A stretch of DNA of 63,005 nucleotides, the filler included, from Octopus bimaculoides (lineage: Eukaryota): the NCBI RefSeq assembly GCF_001194135.2. It is 6 parts of 6 records of this genome, joined end to end, with 100 filler letters (N's around TTAATTAATTAA, not from the genome) between each part and the next. Parts side by side here need not be neighbours in the genome. Positions count along the whole stretch, not along the records: positions 32,103 to 51,734 come from NC_068991.1; positions 51,835 to 59,515 come from NC_068987.1; positions 59,616 to 63,005 come from NC_068998.1; 3 more parts are not named here. One strand, written 5' to 3'. Position 1 is the stretch's first letter. The number at the start of each line of letters is the position of its first letter. A model generated the notes under the pieces. That model saw nothing but the letters and a program-made list of their open reading frames with translations. It was not told the origin of the DNA and did no database searches. Positions 51,489 through 63,005 of the stretch are shown here, piece by piece. A program made the translations under genes and the position numbers.

Positions 51489-51502
51489 AAGTAATCAGAC
51501 CG

Positions 51503-51733
51503 ATGGTGATGATGATGACTGTGCAAGCTAACGACATCGACGACGACAACGATTATGACGACGACGATAATGATGATGATGATGATGACGATGATGATGA
51601 TGATGACGACGATAATGATGATGATGATGACGATGACGATAATGATGATGATGATGACGACGACGACTACCACGCCGACGATGATGATGATAATGATGAT
51701 GACGACGACAAGGACGACGATAATGATGATGAT
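51503..51733. repeat. (GAT/GAC)n low-complexity tract (other trinucleotide tracts at 11114-11181, 27928-27982, 56546-56632, 57645-57745)
   Basis: Direct inspection. Confidence 0.95.
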
Positions 51734-51911
51734 ANNNNNNNNNNNNNNNNNNNNNNNNNNNNNNNNNNNNNNNNNNNNTTAATTAATTAANNNNNNNNNN
51801 NNNNNNNNNNNNNNNNNNNNNNNNNNNNNNNNNNCTTTCGATTGATCTAAATTGATCAGGGCCCCACCCATGCCAGGTTCCTTAACTACCCGCTCTATGA
51901 TGTAGCGCATC

Positions 51912-51978
<67 letters not shown>

Positions 51979-52362
51979 CGGAGGGAGAGATGGATGGATG
52001 GATGGATGGATGGATGGATGGATGGATGGATGGATAGTAGTGTAGTAATATTCTGGGGTGTTGTGTAGGTATTTGGGTGATGGTGATGTTGATGTGTGAC
52101 AATTATATCTGGTCCTAGTCGTATTACTCGATGTTGATCTGGTGGTGGTGGTGGTGGTGAGCAGAGGGAGGAGTGGAGGAGACAATGTAGAGTGATAAAG
52201 ATGGTGTTTTTCCTTCTAATTTATCAGGTACCAACAACAGAGACAAGAGCAAGAGATGATGATAAAACTATTCCAAAGGTTGTCGCCGCTGTGGACAAAC
52301 ACCACACGGTAAGTGTACTTTGGTCATCAACACAACACTGTTCTGTTTGTATGTTGTAAAGG

Positions 52363-52407
<45 letters not shown>

Positions 52408-52418
52408 GGACAGGCATG

Positions 52419-52470
<52 letters not shown>

Positions 52471-52603
52471 TAGATAGATAGATAGATAGATAGATAAACA
52501 TGTATACATGCATATATGTATATATGTGAAATAAACATATACACATTTTCATACACACACGCATCCACACACATACACACACACACGCACACACACGCAC
52601 ATG

Positions 52604-52639
<36 letters not shown>

Positions 52640-52934
52640 CGTGCATATATACATATATACATCAGGCAATACACATATGAGGTGAAAAAGGAGCTGCTCA
52701 GAAAATATTCTCCGACTGGTAACCAATGATACACACCCATGGAAATTTCACAGTTTACCGCAACATAGAAACACACCAATGAATAAATATGCTAAAATGT
52801 TGCTGATGAAACCGCAATAAAACGTAAGGTAAACCATCCAGACATAATGGTTTGGGATAGAGTAAAGAAAATATGAACAATGCAGGTAATCTGTTAAGTT
52901 AATGGTGATGATTAATGGAAAAAGAACACATCTA

Positions 52935-53137
52935 CAGGGTGCAACAAAAAAAACGATACAATATTTTACAGATTGACAAATGTTTCAACAAGAAACACGT
53001 GATGTGCACGAGCCCCAAACTCTGTAAAAAATCATAAACTTGTAGCCACAGGAAGACCCCGTTACCACCTACCTAATTTCACTCGGGTTACACAAATAGT
53101 CGTGTAAAATATGGGAGATGTTTTCTGCCGGACACTG
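52935..53137. mobile_element. Degenerate Tc1/mariner-type MITE
   Basis: TA|CAGGGTGCAACAAAAAAAACGATACAATATTTTACA versus reverse-complemented right end CAGTGTCCGGCAGAAAACATCTCCCATATTTTACA. Confidence 0.45.
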
Positions 53138-53366
53138 TGTGTTGAATTCATGAGAAATCTATAGATATACAACACGAACTAAAGCTATTGGGGAATTTGA
53201 ATATGCCTCAGCATCAATCTTGCAAAGTTTGACTTCACATCACCAGTACGAACACGACTAATTACAGAAACAACTGGCTCTCCGTCGTTTACGGCGACGA
53301 GATTTCCATTAATGAACTCGTGAAGAAATGTTTAAATGTTTAGTATGTATTATGTGCATATATATA

Positions 53367-53555
53367 CAGGGTGCGATGGGTAAATTGTCGCCATTTTACA
53401 TTTTTAATTTCGCGCATACGCATTGTTTGTTTTTGATTTTGTCGACCACACAGTATAGTCGGGTCAGTTGGGGACCGTTTGTAAGAAGAATACCACTATG
53501 ACGCAATTCACTCTGCCAGAAATTTGGAAAGGGCATGCTGTCCTGTTTGGCATTC
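53367..53555 (+). mobile_element. mariner/Tc1-superfamily element, 5' end (remainder in gap)
   Basis: TA|CAGGGTGCGATGGGTAAATTGTCGCC terminus, then an ORF start at 53498 (MTQFTLPEIWKGHAVLFGI) running into Ns. Confidence 0.65.
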
Positions 53556-54415
53556 NNNNNNNNNNNNNNNNNNNNNNNNNNNNNNNNNNNNNNNNNNNNN
53601 NNNNNNNNNNNNNNNNNNNNNNNNNNNNNNNNNNNNNNNNNNNNNNNNNNNNNNNNNNNNNNNNNNNNNNNNNNNNNNNNNNNNNNNNNNNNNNNNNNNN
53701 NNNNNNNNNNNNNNNNNNNNNNNNNNNNNNNNNNNNNNNNNNNNNNNNNNNNNNNNNNNNNNNNNNNNNNNNNNNNNNNNNNNNNNNNNNNNNNNNNNNN
53801 NNNNNNNNNNNNNNNNNNNNNNNNNNNNNNNNNNNNNNNNNNNNNNNNNNNNNNNNNNNNNNNNNNNNNNNNNNNNNNNNNNNNNNNNNNNNNNNNNNNN
53901 NNNNNNNNNNNNNNNNNNNNNNNNNNNNNNNNNNNNNNNNNNNNNNNNNNNNNNNNNNNNNNNNNNNNNNNNNNNNNNNNNNNNNNNNNNNNNNNNNNNN
54001 NNNNNNNNNNNNNNNNNNNNNNNNNNNNNNNNNNNNNNNNNNNNNNNNNNNNNNNNNNNNNNNNNNNNNNNNNNNNNNNNNNNNNNNNNNNNNNNNNNNN
54101 NNNNNNNNNNNNNNNNNNNNNNNNNNNNNNNNNNNNNNNNNNNNNNNNNNNNNNNNNNNNNNNNNNNNNNNNNNNNNNNNNNNNNNNNNNNNNNNNNNNN
54201 NNNNNNNNNNNNNNNNNNNNNNNNNNNNNNNNNNNNNNNNNNNNNNNNNNNNNNNNNNNNNNNNNNNNNNNNNNNNNNNNNNNNNNNNNNNNNNNNNNNN
54301 NNNNNNNNNNNNNNNNNNNNNNNNNNNNNNNNNNNNNNNNNNNNNNNNNNNNNTATATATATATATATAATCGATTAAGGAAACAAGATGGATTTGGTAT
54401 AACTCTATTTTGTAC

Positions 54416-54509
54416 GACGATCGTTTCGACCCATCCTGCGACTGTCCCTTATGGGTGGGATGCTGTGCATCAAATCGTGTTGCATCAGTTTTGCAGTCTG
54501 GATCACCAG
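54416..54509 (-). ncRNA. Degenerate type I hammerhead-like motif with long stem II, next to the Penelope GIY-YIG fragment
   Basis: Minus strand reads CTGGTGA ...GACTG...CAGTC..GGATGGGTC GAAAC GATC GTC, giving stem III with a palindromic GATC loop and a GUC triplet. The core has one substitution and stem I is not evident. Confidence 0.55.
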
Positions 54510-54589
54510 TGCTTTACTCAACACATAAGCACACTAATTGACACATACCCATTAGTCCAAAATATTACATGTATATATATATATATATA

Positions 54590-54889
54590 TATTACATATG
54601 TAGAACGTGTCAATACATACATACTGGTAGCTCCATTAGAACAAAAAATAGACAAATTTTCGCAAAAGCAGATATGAACAGCAAAACCAGAAATTTAATC
54701 TATTGCATTAAATGCCCGTATTGCGAGGAACTATATACAGGCGAGACAGGGAATGCATTATCGGAATACTCACGAGTCCACAGACAACAAATCCGGAACA
54801 CCAATGATTGCCAAGTTCCAATGAGCGAACATATAGATACATGTGATCAGAAAATGTTCCTAATTTTTCCTTTCCATAAACTATATTAA
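54590..54889 (+). mobile_element. Penelope-like element GIY-YIG endonuclease fragment
   Basis: Translates ICRTCQYIHTG...DMNSKTRNLIYCIKCPYCEELYTGETGNALSEYSRVHRQQIR...VPMSEHIDTC, with the NLIY.I.C..C...Y.GET and H..H pattern of Penelope GIY-YIG domains. Confidence 0.88.
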
Positions 54890-57800
54890 AATGTTCAAAT
54901 GTTTTGAACGGAAATAACAACAATAATATAACAACCGGTTAATGATGTGGATTAAAAAATATCTCTAGCATATGATTATAAACAAATTATCGGTCCGCCT
55001 GGCAAACCGTGATGTTTAAACTGCATGCGGATTGGTCAAACCTGTATTCTAAAAATTCAGCTTGTTGGAGCATTTAACTCAACTATCAATTAAACACATT
55101 TGAAATCTGATGATTACTCTATCTATGAAAGCGCTAATTTAATTTTATGAGCATTACGAAATATTTTTCAATGTTAAAATACTATAATGAAAAACGTGAA
55201 AACCAGATTATGCTTTAACTGATATTTTATTCTATACAAATTCACACAAATTGGAATATATATNNNNNNNNNNNNNNNNNNNNNNNNNNNNNNNNNNNNN
55301 NNNNNNNNNNNNNNNNNNNNNNNNNNNNNNNNNNNNNNNNNNNNNNNNNNNNNNNNNNNNNNNNNNNNNNNNNNNNNNNNNNNNNNNNNNNNNNNNNNNN
55401 NNNNNNNNNNNNNNNNNNNNNNNNNNNNNNNNNNNNNNNNNNNNNNNNNNNNNNNNNNNNNNNNNNNNNNNNNNNNNNNNNNNNNNNNNNNNNNNNNNNN
55501 NNNNNNNNNNNNNNNNNNNNNNNNNNNNNNNNNNNNNNNNNNNNNNNNNNNNNNNNNNNNNNNNNNNNNNNNNNNNNNNNNNNNNNNNNNNNNNNNNNNN
55601 NNNNNNNNNNNNNNNNNNNNNNNNNNNNNNNNNNNNNNNNNNNNNNNNNNNNNNNNNNNNNNNNNNNNNNNNNNNNNNNNNNNNNNNNNNNNNNNNNNNN
55701 NNNNNNNNNNNNNNNNNNNNNNNNNNNNNNNNNNNNNNNNNNNNNNNNNNNNNNNNNNNNNNNNNNNNNNNNNNNNNNNNNNNNNNNNNNNNNNNNNNNN
55801 NNNNNNNNNNNNNNNNNNNNNNNNNNNNNNNNNNNNNNNNNNNNNNNNNNNNNNNNNNNNNNNNNNNNNNNNNNNNNNNNNNNNNNNNNNNNNNNNNNNN
55901 NNNNNNNNNNNNNNNNNNNNNNNNNNNNNNNNNNNNNNNNNNNNNTTACCACACTGCCATACTTGCGCCTGTGTGTGTATGTGTGTGCGCGCGCGTATGT
56001 GTGTGTGCGTGTGTGTATGTGTATGTTTATGTGCGTGTGTATGTGTGCGCGCGTGTGTGTGCGCGTGTGTGTGTGTATACTCTTGCACACAAACATACAT
56101 ACACTTCATAAAAGAAAAACATTCTCTCACTTGCACGCATTAACACATACACACTTCAGAAGTCAACATCTTCATACACACCCTTTACAAACACATATGA
56201 AAAAATGGAGACGATGGACAAAAAGGAACCTAGATAGATATATCAATTAATATGACGTTGGTCAATGCTCTATTTGTCATTGATAGATCTGTCCAGTCAT
56301 TATACACTTCATTTTTCTATTACCTTACAGCAAATAACGTGTACGGACATATTGGATTCTATATTGTTACTTTGTATCTTTGTTTTTGTTTTGGGGTTTT
56401 TTTACACTTTTGGTATAATAATTGTAAGATACAGCTGACTTTTTCTACACACCTTCAATCCCTCCTCCTCCTCCTCCTCTTTCTCCTGCTTTTCTTCTTT
56501 TCGTTTTCTTTGTGAAGCTTTCTGCTATTTTTCTGGCTTTTTATTGTCTTCTTCTTCTTCTTCTTCTTCTTCTTCTTCTTCTTCTTCTTCTTCTTCTTCT
56601 TCTTCTTCTTCTTCATCTTCTTCTTTCTTCTTCTTCGGCTGCTTCGTTAGTTTTTTATTTTTTATTTTTTTATTAAGACTGCATTTGCGCCATCTTCTTT
56701 TCTACGATTGTTATTGTGATTACTTCAGCAGTTAGTATCCTTCTTAATGCTATAATTGTTGCTGTTGTCGGTATTACTGTTGTAGTTTTGCTGTTGCTAT
56801 GGAAACTACATTTGCAGCCCTTGTTATTGTTATTGTTGTTAATATTGTTGCTGTCTTGTTGCTGTCTTGTTGTTGTGGTTGTTGCTGTTAGCGTTGAGAT
56901 TCTTCTGGTCATCTGTTTGTTTTATTTTATTTCTATTTTTTATTTTATATGCGTGTTTGTTTTATTGTTTTTCTTTTATCTTTAATTTTTGGTACGTTTT
57001 GTTCAATCTACTTCTGCCCCTCCTAAGGTTACGGTTACAGTAGTTTGGGGTACGGATGCTGTTGTGGTTGTTATGCTCGTTTAGTAACTGTTGCGGTTGT
57101 AGTTGGTGTACTTTTTTCTATTGTTGTTGTTGTGGTTGTGCCTGTGGTTTTTATTGTTTCGGTACAGCTGTTGTTGTTGTTGTTGCAGCATCTGTTGTTA
57201 TTAATCTTAGTGTTCCTATTGATAAANNNNNNNNNNNNNNNNNNNNNNNNNNNNNNNNNNNNNNNNNNNNNNNNNNNNNNNNNNNNNNNNNNNNNNNNNN
57301 NNNNNNNNNNNNNNNNNNNNNNNNNNNNNNNNNNNNNNNNNNNNNNNNNNNNNNNNNNNNNNNNNNNNNNNNNNNNNNNNNNNNNNNNNNNNNNNNNNNN
57401 NNNNNNNNNNNNNNNNNNNNNNNNNNNNNNNNNNNNNNNNNNNNNNNNNNNNNNNNNNNNNNNNNNNNNNNNNNNNNNNNNNNNNNNNNNNNNNNNNNNN
57501 NNNNNNNNNNNNNNNNNNNNNNNNNNNNNNNNNNNNNNNNNNNNNNNNNNNNNNNNNNNNNNNNNNNNNNNNNNNNNNNNNNNNNNNNNNNNNNNNNNNN
57601 NNNNNNNNNNNNNNNNNNNNNNNNNNNNNNNNNNNNNNNNNNNAATCATCATCATCATCGTCATCACCACCACCACCTCCACCACCTCCACAACCTCCGC
57701 CACCACCACCACCACCATCACCATCATCATCATCATCATCATCCTGATTTATTTTTACTATAGGGAGAGCGAGTGTTGGAAAAGTGGTCTAGTAGATTAA

Positions 57801-58034
57801 ACCACTTGAATAATTTTATGAAACAGATTATTACAAGTATTTTTTTGTTTGTTTGTTGTATGAACAGCGGCAGTCCGTTACAGGACTGCCGCTGTAATGT
57901 AAGGTTCTCCTTGTCTGAGTTAATTTCATTTGTAGGAATCAGAACGATTTCTGTTACAGAGACTATAGGTTTTGGTATTTCAGATAGATATAAGTAACCC
58001 TGTCTGAAATAAAGGCTCTTAATAAAATAGAGAC

Positions 58035-59330
58035 CCTGGGTGAAATAAGTAAGCTAGTCTGTCTTCCTGTCACATCTATAAGCTATCACCAGTTGATATT
58101 GTCACAGCTATCTAGTGTCGCCACTCTATTTTATCATATTTGTCTTATGTCACAGTGAACATACCCGCCATCTCGGACACTCGGCAAAGAGCACACTCGG
58201 AGAAACCGTGCGAGCCGTCTGAACACTTGGAAAATGGATACGCGACTGAGAAGGGCCAGGCGAGAAGCTACTACCGGCAGCAGAACGTTGTGTAGAGGCT
58301 GCTCCTATACCGAGTGCGTGCGAATCGTTCGTACGAAACCGACGTTGCAGTGATGCACACAGAGCTCCACGATCCGACCTGCGCACGTACCGAAAATGCG
58401 CACATACCGAAAATGCGCACGGACAACTGCAACAGACGTGCGCAAGGCGAACCACCTACGGCGCCGTCACCTTGAACATGCTGCTCGAAAGATCCTGGGT
58501 GAAATAAATAAGCACAGCTGTCTTTCTGTCAAATCAGTCAAGTATCCATTCTTTATATTGTTACAGCTGTCTATCGAGGGTCCCCACTCTATTTTGTCAT
58601 ATCTATCTAGTGTCATAGATCACCTCAGCTACTCAGCAAAGAGCATCCTCGACGGAATGCCGAGAAATGGACACGCGACTACGAATGCCCAAACGAGCGG
58701 CATGACATTGGCACCGGCAGTGGAATGTTGCGAATATGCTATTTCAACAACGACGCGGCGATATACACAGAGGTTCGCAACCCGACTGCACACACACCGA
58801 GAATGCGAGTGGACGAGAAATAGACGCGCGTTGGCGCATCTGCAACGGCGCTGTTGCCTGAACGTTTTGGGGCAGATTTTCGGGACTCAAACTCCGACTA
58901 AGAGGCATAATGTAGTGTCTATATTGTCACATTTATCTAATGTTAGCACTCTGTACTGTCACCTCTCTATACAATAACTACTCTATACTGTTTAGTGTAA
59001 CTATTGTCTACTGATTTAGCATCACCACCCTCTACTGTCACAGTTATGTAGAGCCAATACTGGCTACTGTCACATATATCTAAAGTGACCACTCTCCATT
59101 CTGAGTGCTATCTAATACCATCCTCTCTCCTAAGATATATGTTTATACATATCAAAAACTGACACACCTCTCTCCTAGAATGTCTTTACACATTTCTCTA
59201 CTCTCACACCGTTCTTCTAAAATGTGTCTTGAAATATATCTTAACTCTTAACTGTCTTCTAAGGTATGTCTTAACACGTATCTCAGCTGTCAAACTCCTC
59301 TCCTGAGATATGCCTTAGCACATATTTCAA
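58035..59330. repeat. Degenerate ~460-bp tandem duplication with CpG-rich cores, plus a decayed ~30-35-bp minisatellite
   Basis: CCTGGGTGAAATAA.TAAGC at ~58035 and ~58495; ACTC.GCAAAGAGCA at ~58180 and ~58630; recurring CTGTCACA.CTATCTA...CACTCT words. Confidence 0.65.
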
Positions 59331-59479
59331 ATGTCACATTCTACGGTTACATGTCTTTACTGCCTCGTTTATCTTCTGTTTCACCATTTTATTGTCACAC
59401 TTTCGATAGTCACAACCTCTCGGCTATGACATTCTAATTTTTACATCTCGTTTATTTCCTTTCACCATTAACATCCTTT

Positions 59480-59515
<36 letters not shown>

Positions 59516-60752
59516 NNNNNNNNNNNNNNNNNNNNNNNNNNNNNNNNNNNNNNNNNNNNTTAATTAATTAANNNNNNNNNNNNNNNNNNNNNNNNNNNNN
59601 NNNNNNNNNNNNNNNATCAAAACTGAAACAATCACATTTCGATACTGTAATGACAGTTTCACTTTAATGGTTTCATTTTAATACTACATACATATATACA
59701 TACATACCTCATTCTAATTGGCGGGAATTGTAAGTTATTTCTAACTCGTCCTTCACCATGATAACAACAGAAACAAAATAGTCACACATCTTTTTCAAAT
59801 ACAATCAACAAACATTTATTCCCTACAAACTGTGAGTTTTTTTGAAAATCTTTTCGTAAATCTTGAGATTAACACCCACACGATTCCCTACCTAACCCTA
59901 AAACCCCAGCTCTGACACTNNNNNNNNNNNNNNNNNNNNNNNNNNNNNNNNNNNNNNNNNNNNNNNNNNNNNNNNNNNNNNNNNNNNNNNNNNNNNNNNN
60001 NNNNNNNNNNNNNNNNNNNNNNNNNNNNNNNNNNNNNNNNNNNNNNNNNNNNNNNNNNNNNNNNNNNNNNNNNNNNNNNNNNNNNNNNNNNNNNNNNNNN
60101 NNNNNNNNNNNNNNNNNNNNNNNNNNNNNNNNNNNNNNNNNNNNNNNNNNNNNNNNNNNNNNNNNNNNNNNNNNNNNNNNNNNNNNNNNNNNNNNNNNNN
60201 NNNNNNNNNNNNNNNNNNNNNNNNNNNNNNNNNNNNNNNNNNNNNNNNNNNNNNNNNNNNNNNNNNNNNNNNNNNNNNNNNNNNNNNNNNNNNNNNNNNN
60301 NNNNNNNNNNNNNNNNNNNNNNNNNNNNNNNNNNNNNNNNNNNNNNNNNNNNNNNNNNNNNNNNNNNNNNNNNNNNNNNNNNNNNNNNNNNNNNNNNNNN
60401 NNNNNNNNNNNNNNNNNNNNNNNNNNNNNNNNNNNNNNNNNNNNNNNNNNNNNNNNNNNNNNNNNNNNNNNNNNNNNNNNNNNNNNNNNNNNNNNNNNNN
60501 NNNNNNNNNNNNNNNNNNNNNNNNNNNNNNNNNNNNNNNNNNNNNNNNNNNNNNNNNNNNNNNNNNNNNNNNNNNNNNNNNNNNNNNNNNNNNNNNNNNN
60601 NNNNNNNNNNNNNNNNNNNNNNNNNNNNNNNNNNNNNNNNNNNNNNNNNNNNNNNNNNNNNNNNNNNNNNNNNNNNNNNNNNNNNATATATATATACACA
60701 CAGAATGCACATTAATACACACATACATACAAATACCTATCACTCTTTTTTA

Positions 60753-60784
<32 letters not shown>

Positions 60785-61588
60785 TGCCCATCTTAATGTA
60801 TAATGCTGAAGTTCTGTATCTGTGTGAAGCCTTTTTAAAAGTTTATAGAAATCCACATTTTCCACTTTTACGTACAAATTTTTACATCAATGAAATTTTC
60901 TCGATGGGAACTTTCCAGTGCAGTAATTAGATTTTTTAAATTCTGTTTACTTTGTGTGATTTAAGGGAGATTTGGATGTTGTTTCTAGCAACTTTTATAT
61001 TTCTTCCCTTCTACCTGTACCGGCGTTCTTACACATCGATCACGCGCTCAACATAAAATATACAGAGTAAGAGTAAAAGAGAGCGAGAGAAAGTGATACA
61101 TACAAAGTCATAAATTAACTTGCTTTAAGACTATTCTTTCCTTCTACCTTTTTACTCTTACTTCGTTCTTCTTCCTCTCTGCCATTTAATAGCTTTCTTC
61201 TATCCCTCTACCTTTAACATATTTTTCATAACATAGAAATGTAAAAACACACAACCACACATACATGATCTGTAACAACAACATACACATAAACACATAC
61301 ACACATCAACATTATAGATATAAGATTTAGTTTCTGTGTGTTTCTTATATAAACATGCGCACACATTGCTATTTTATAACTGTCTTCCGTTCTCCCTTCC
61401 TCAATTTCTCTTTCTTCATTGCTCCCGTTCTCTATTCCTTTCTCCCCCCTCTCTCAAACGCATACACGCGCACGTACACACAAGCATTCACTACAAGATA
61501 ACTCATGTTCGTCAAAGTTTTGTAAATATACAAACTACGGAGCTTATGGACAACACATTGCAAATCAGTGAACTTCATTACAAATGTG

Positions 61589-61790
61589 GGTAATTTTTCA
61601 GATTAACACCCGCGCGATTTTCACTAGGGTATTAGCGTTACGGTTTTTGGGTCAGGATTGGGGTTTTAGGGTTACGGTTAAATTTATGGTTACGATGAGG
61701 GTTAGTGTTATGGTTACGGTTTTAGGGTCAGGGTTAGGGTTTAAGGATTACGGTTACGTAATCGTGCGGGTGTTAATCTGAAAAATTACC
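61589..61790. mobile_element. TIR element with degenerate (TTAGGG/TTACGG)n core
   Basis: 31-bp inverted repeats GGTAATTTTTCAGATTAACACCCGC.CGATT with 1 mismatch. The true outer boundary is uncertain because homology to the second copy extends ~17 bp further. Confidence 0.8.
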
Positions 61791-62717
61791 GAAATGTGAA
61801 AACTACCAGCCCTGCCAACTGTTATAACTTTTGTTGTTCTCTTTAATATGTACATAGATTATGCCTCCAAACAAGACAATTTGCTGGGGAAAGAAAGCAA
61901 CCGGTTTAAAAAGACAGCAACAGACTGCATCAATTCAACACATTCCAGAAACTACTTTGAACATAATGCAAAATGGTGAATCAACATCTACTGCCCAATC
62001 TGATACAATTCTGGCAGAACTGTGTAGCAACAGATCACCAGCAATTGCTTCATCAGAAATTGCCGTCCTACCTCCTGCGAAAAGGAATTACCCTGCTATG
62101 TATAATCAAGGCAGTGCAAAAAGTTGTTTTGCACAAGCATTTCCATAGCCAATTAGACGGATNNNNNNNNNNNNNNNNNNNNNNNNNNNNNNNNNNNNNN
62201 NNNNNNNNNNNNNNNNNNNNNNNNNNNNNNNNNNNNNNNNNNNNNNNNNNNNNNNNNNNNNNNNNNNNNNNNNNNNNNNNNNNNNNNNNNNNNNNNNNNN
62301 NNNNNNNNNNNNNNNNNNNNNNNNNNNNNNNNNNNNNNNNNNNNNNNNNNNNNNNNNNNNNNNNNNNNNNNNNNNNNNNNNNNNNNNNNNNNNNNNNNNN
62401 NNNNNNNNNNNNNNNNNNNNNNNNNNNNNNNNNNNNNNNNNNNNNNNNNNNNNNNNNNNNNNNNNNNNNNNNNNNNNNNNNNNNNNNNNNNNNNNNNNNN
62501 NNNNNNNNNNNNNNNNNNNNNNNNNNNNNNNNNNNNNNNNNNNNNNNNNNNNNNNNNNNNNNNNNNNNNNNNNNNNNNNNNNNNNNNNNNNNNNNNNNNN
62601 NNNNNNNNNNNNNNNNNNNNNNNNNNNNNNNNNNNNNNNNNNNNNNNNNGGCTGAAACACATAAATAAATAAATAAATATTAAACAGAACAACAAAAGTT
62701 ATAATAGATGGCAGTGT

Positions 62718-62900
62718 CGGTACTTTTCACATATCTGTAATTTTCCAGATTAACACCCGCACGATTACCCAACCCTAATCTTAACACTAACCCTAAACCC
62801 TAACCCTAACCCTGACCCTAAAAACCGTACCGTAACATTAATCCTAAACCCTAACCCTGACCCTAAAACCCTAACCCTAACACCCTACTGAAAATCTTGG
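62718..62900. mobile_element. Second, inverted, one-armed copy of the 61589 family
   Basis: GTAATTTTCCAGATTAACACCCGCACGATTAC followed by (CCCTAA)-like repeats. A third partial copy lies at ~59860-59919 next to a gap. Confidence 0.75.
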
Positions 62901-63005
62901 TAAATTTACAAAACATTGACGAACATGAGTTATATTTTACTGAATGATTGTGTACTTGCACGTGTATGCTTTTGAGAGAGCGAGAGAGGAAGAGGTAGAG
63001 AGGGG

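Noticed and set aside
20535-59571. Recurrent palindromic TTAATTAATTAA 12-mer (five copies)
   Set aside because: It is always isolated between N-runs and has six-frame stops, so it is an assembler spacer and not biology.
3861-62695. Long ORFs in the track made of X, IYIY, CVCV, poly-D/H/N/S/Y
   Set aside because: They are produced by N-gaps and microsatellites.
62760-62885. True chromosome end or telomere
   Set aside because: The array is degenerate, enclosed in a TIR element and followed by ordinary sequence.

Overview
AT-rich, gap-riddled animal genomic window. It is most likely an Octopus/cephalopod draft scaffold (inferred from the microsatellite load and recalled octopus-type SINE families). 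The only clearly supported host gene is the 3' half of an inositol-1,4,5-trisphosphate 3-kinase (IP3K; ITPKA/B/C-like) on the + strand. It has five coding exons between 32103 and 38797, all GT-AG and phase 0, and carries the MDxKMG, SSLL and IDFG motifs. Its upstream exons were not found and probably lie in gaps or outside the window. The rest is mostly dead mobile DNA: a full-length Tc1 copy, a second mariner 5' end, a Helitron helicase tail, Tx1/L1, RTE and R4-type LINE pieces, a Penelope GIY-YIG fragment, several tRNA-derived SINE families and several MITEs. The most interesting observations are (i) degenerate hammerhead-ribozyme cores in Penelope-type repeats, including a two-copy family with an unusually long, branched stem II; (ii) three unrelated TIR families that each carry telomere-like TTAGGG cores; (iii) a template-switch hairpin and a ~270-bp-arm inverted repeat; and (iv) two unexplained protein-like or CpG-rich segments. 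I see no evidence for a wholly new multi-gene system. All family assignments come from manual translation and motif recall, not database searches.
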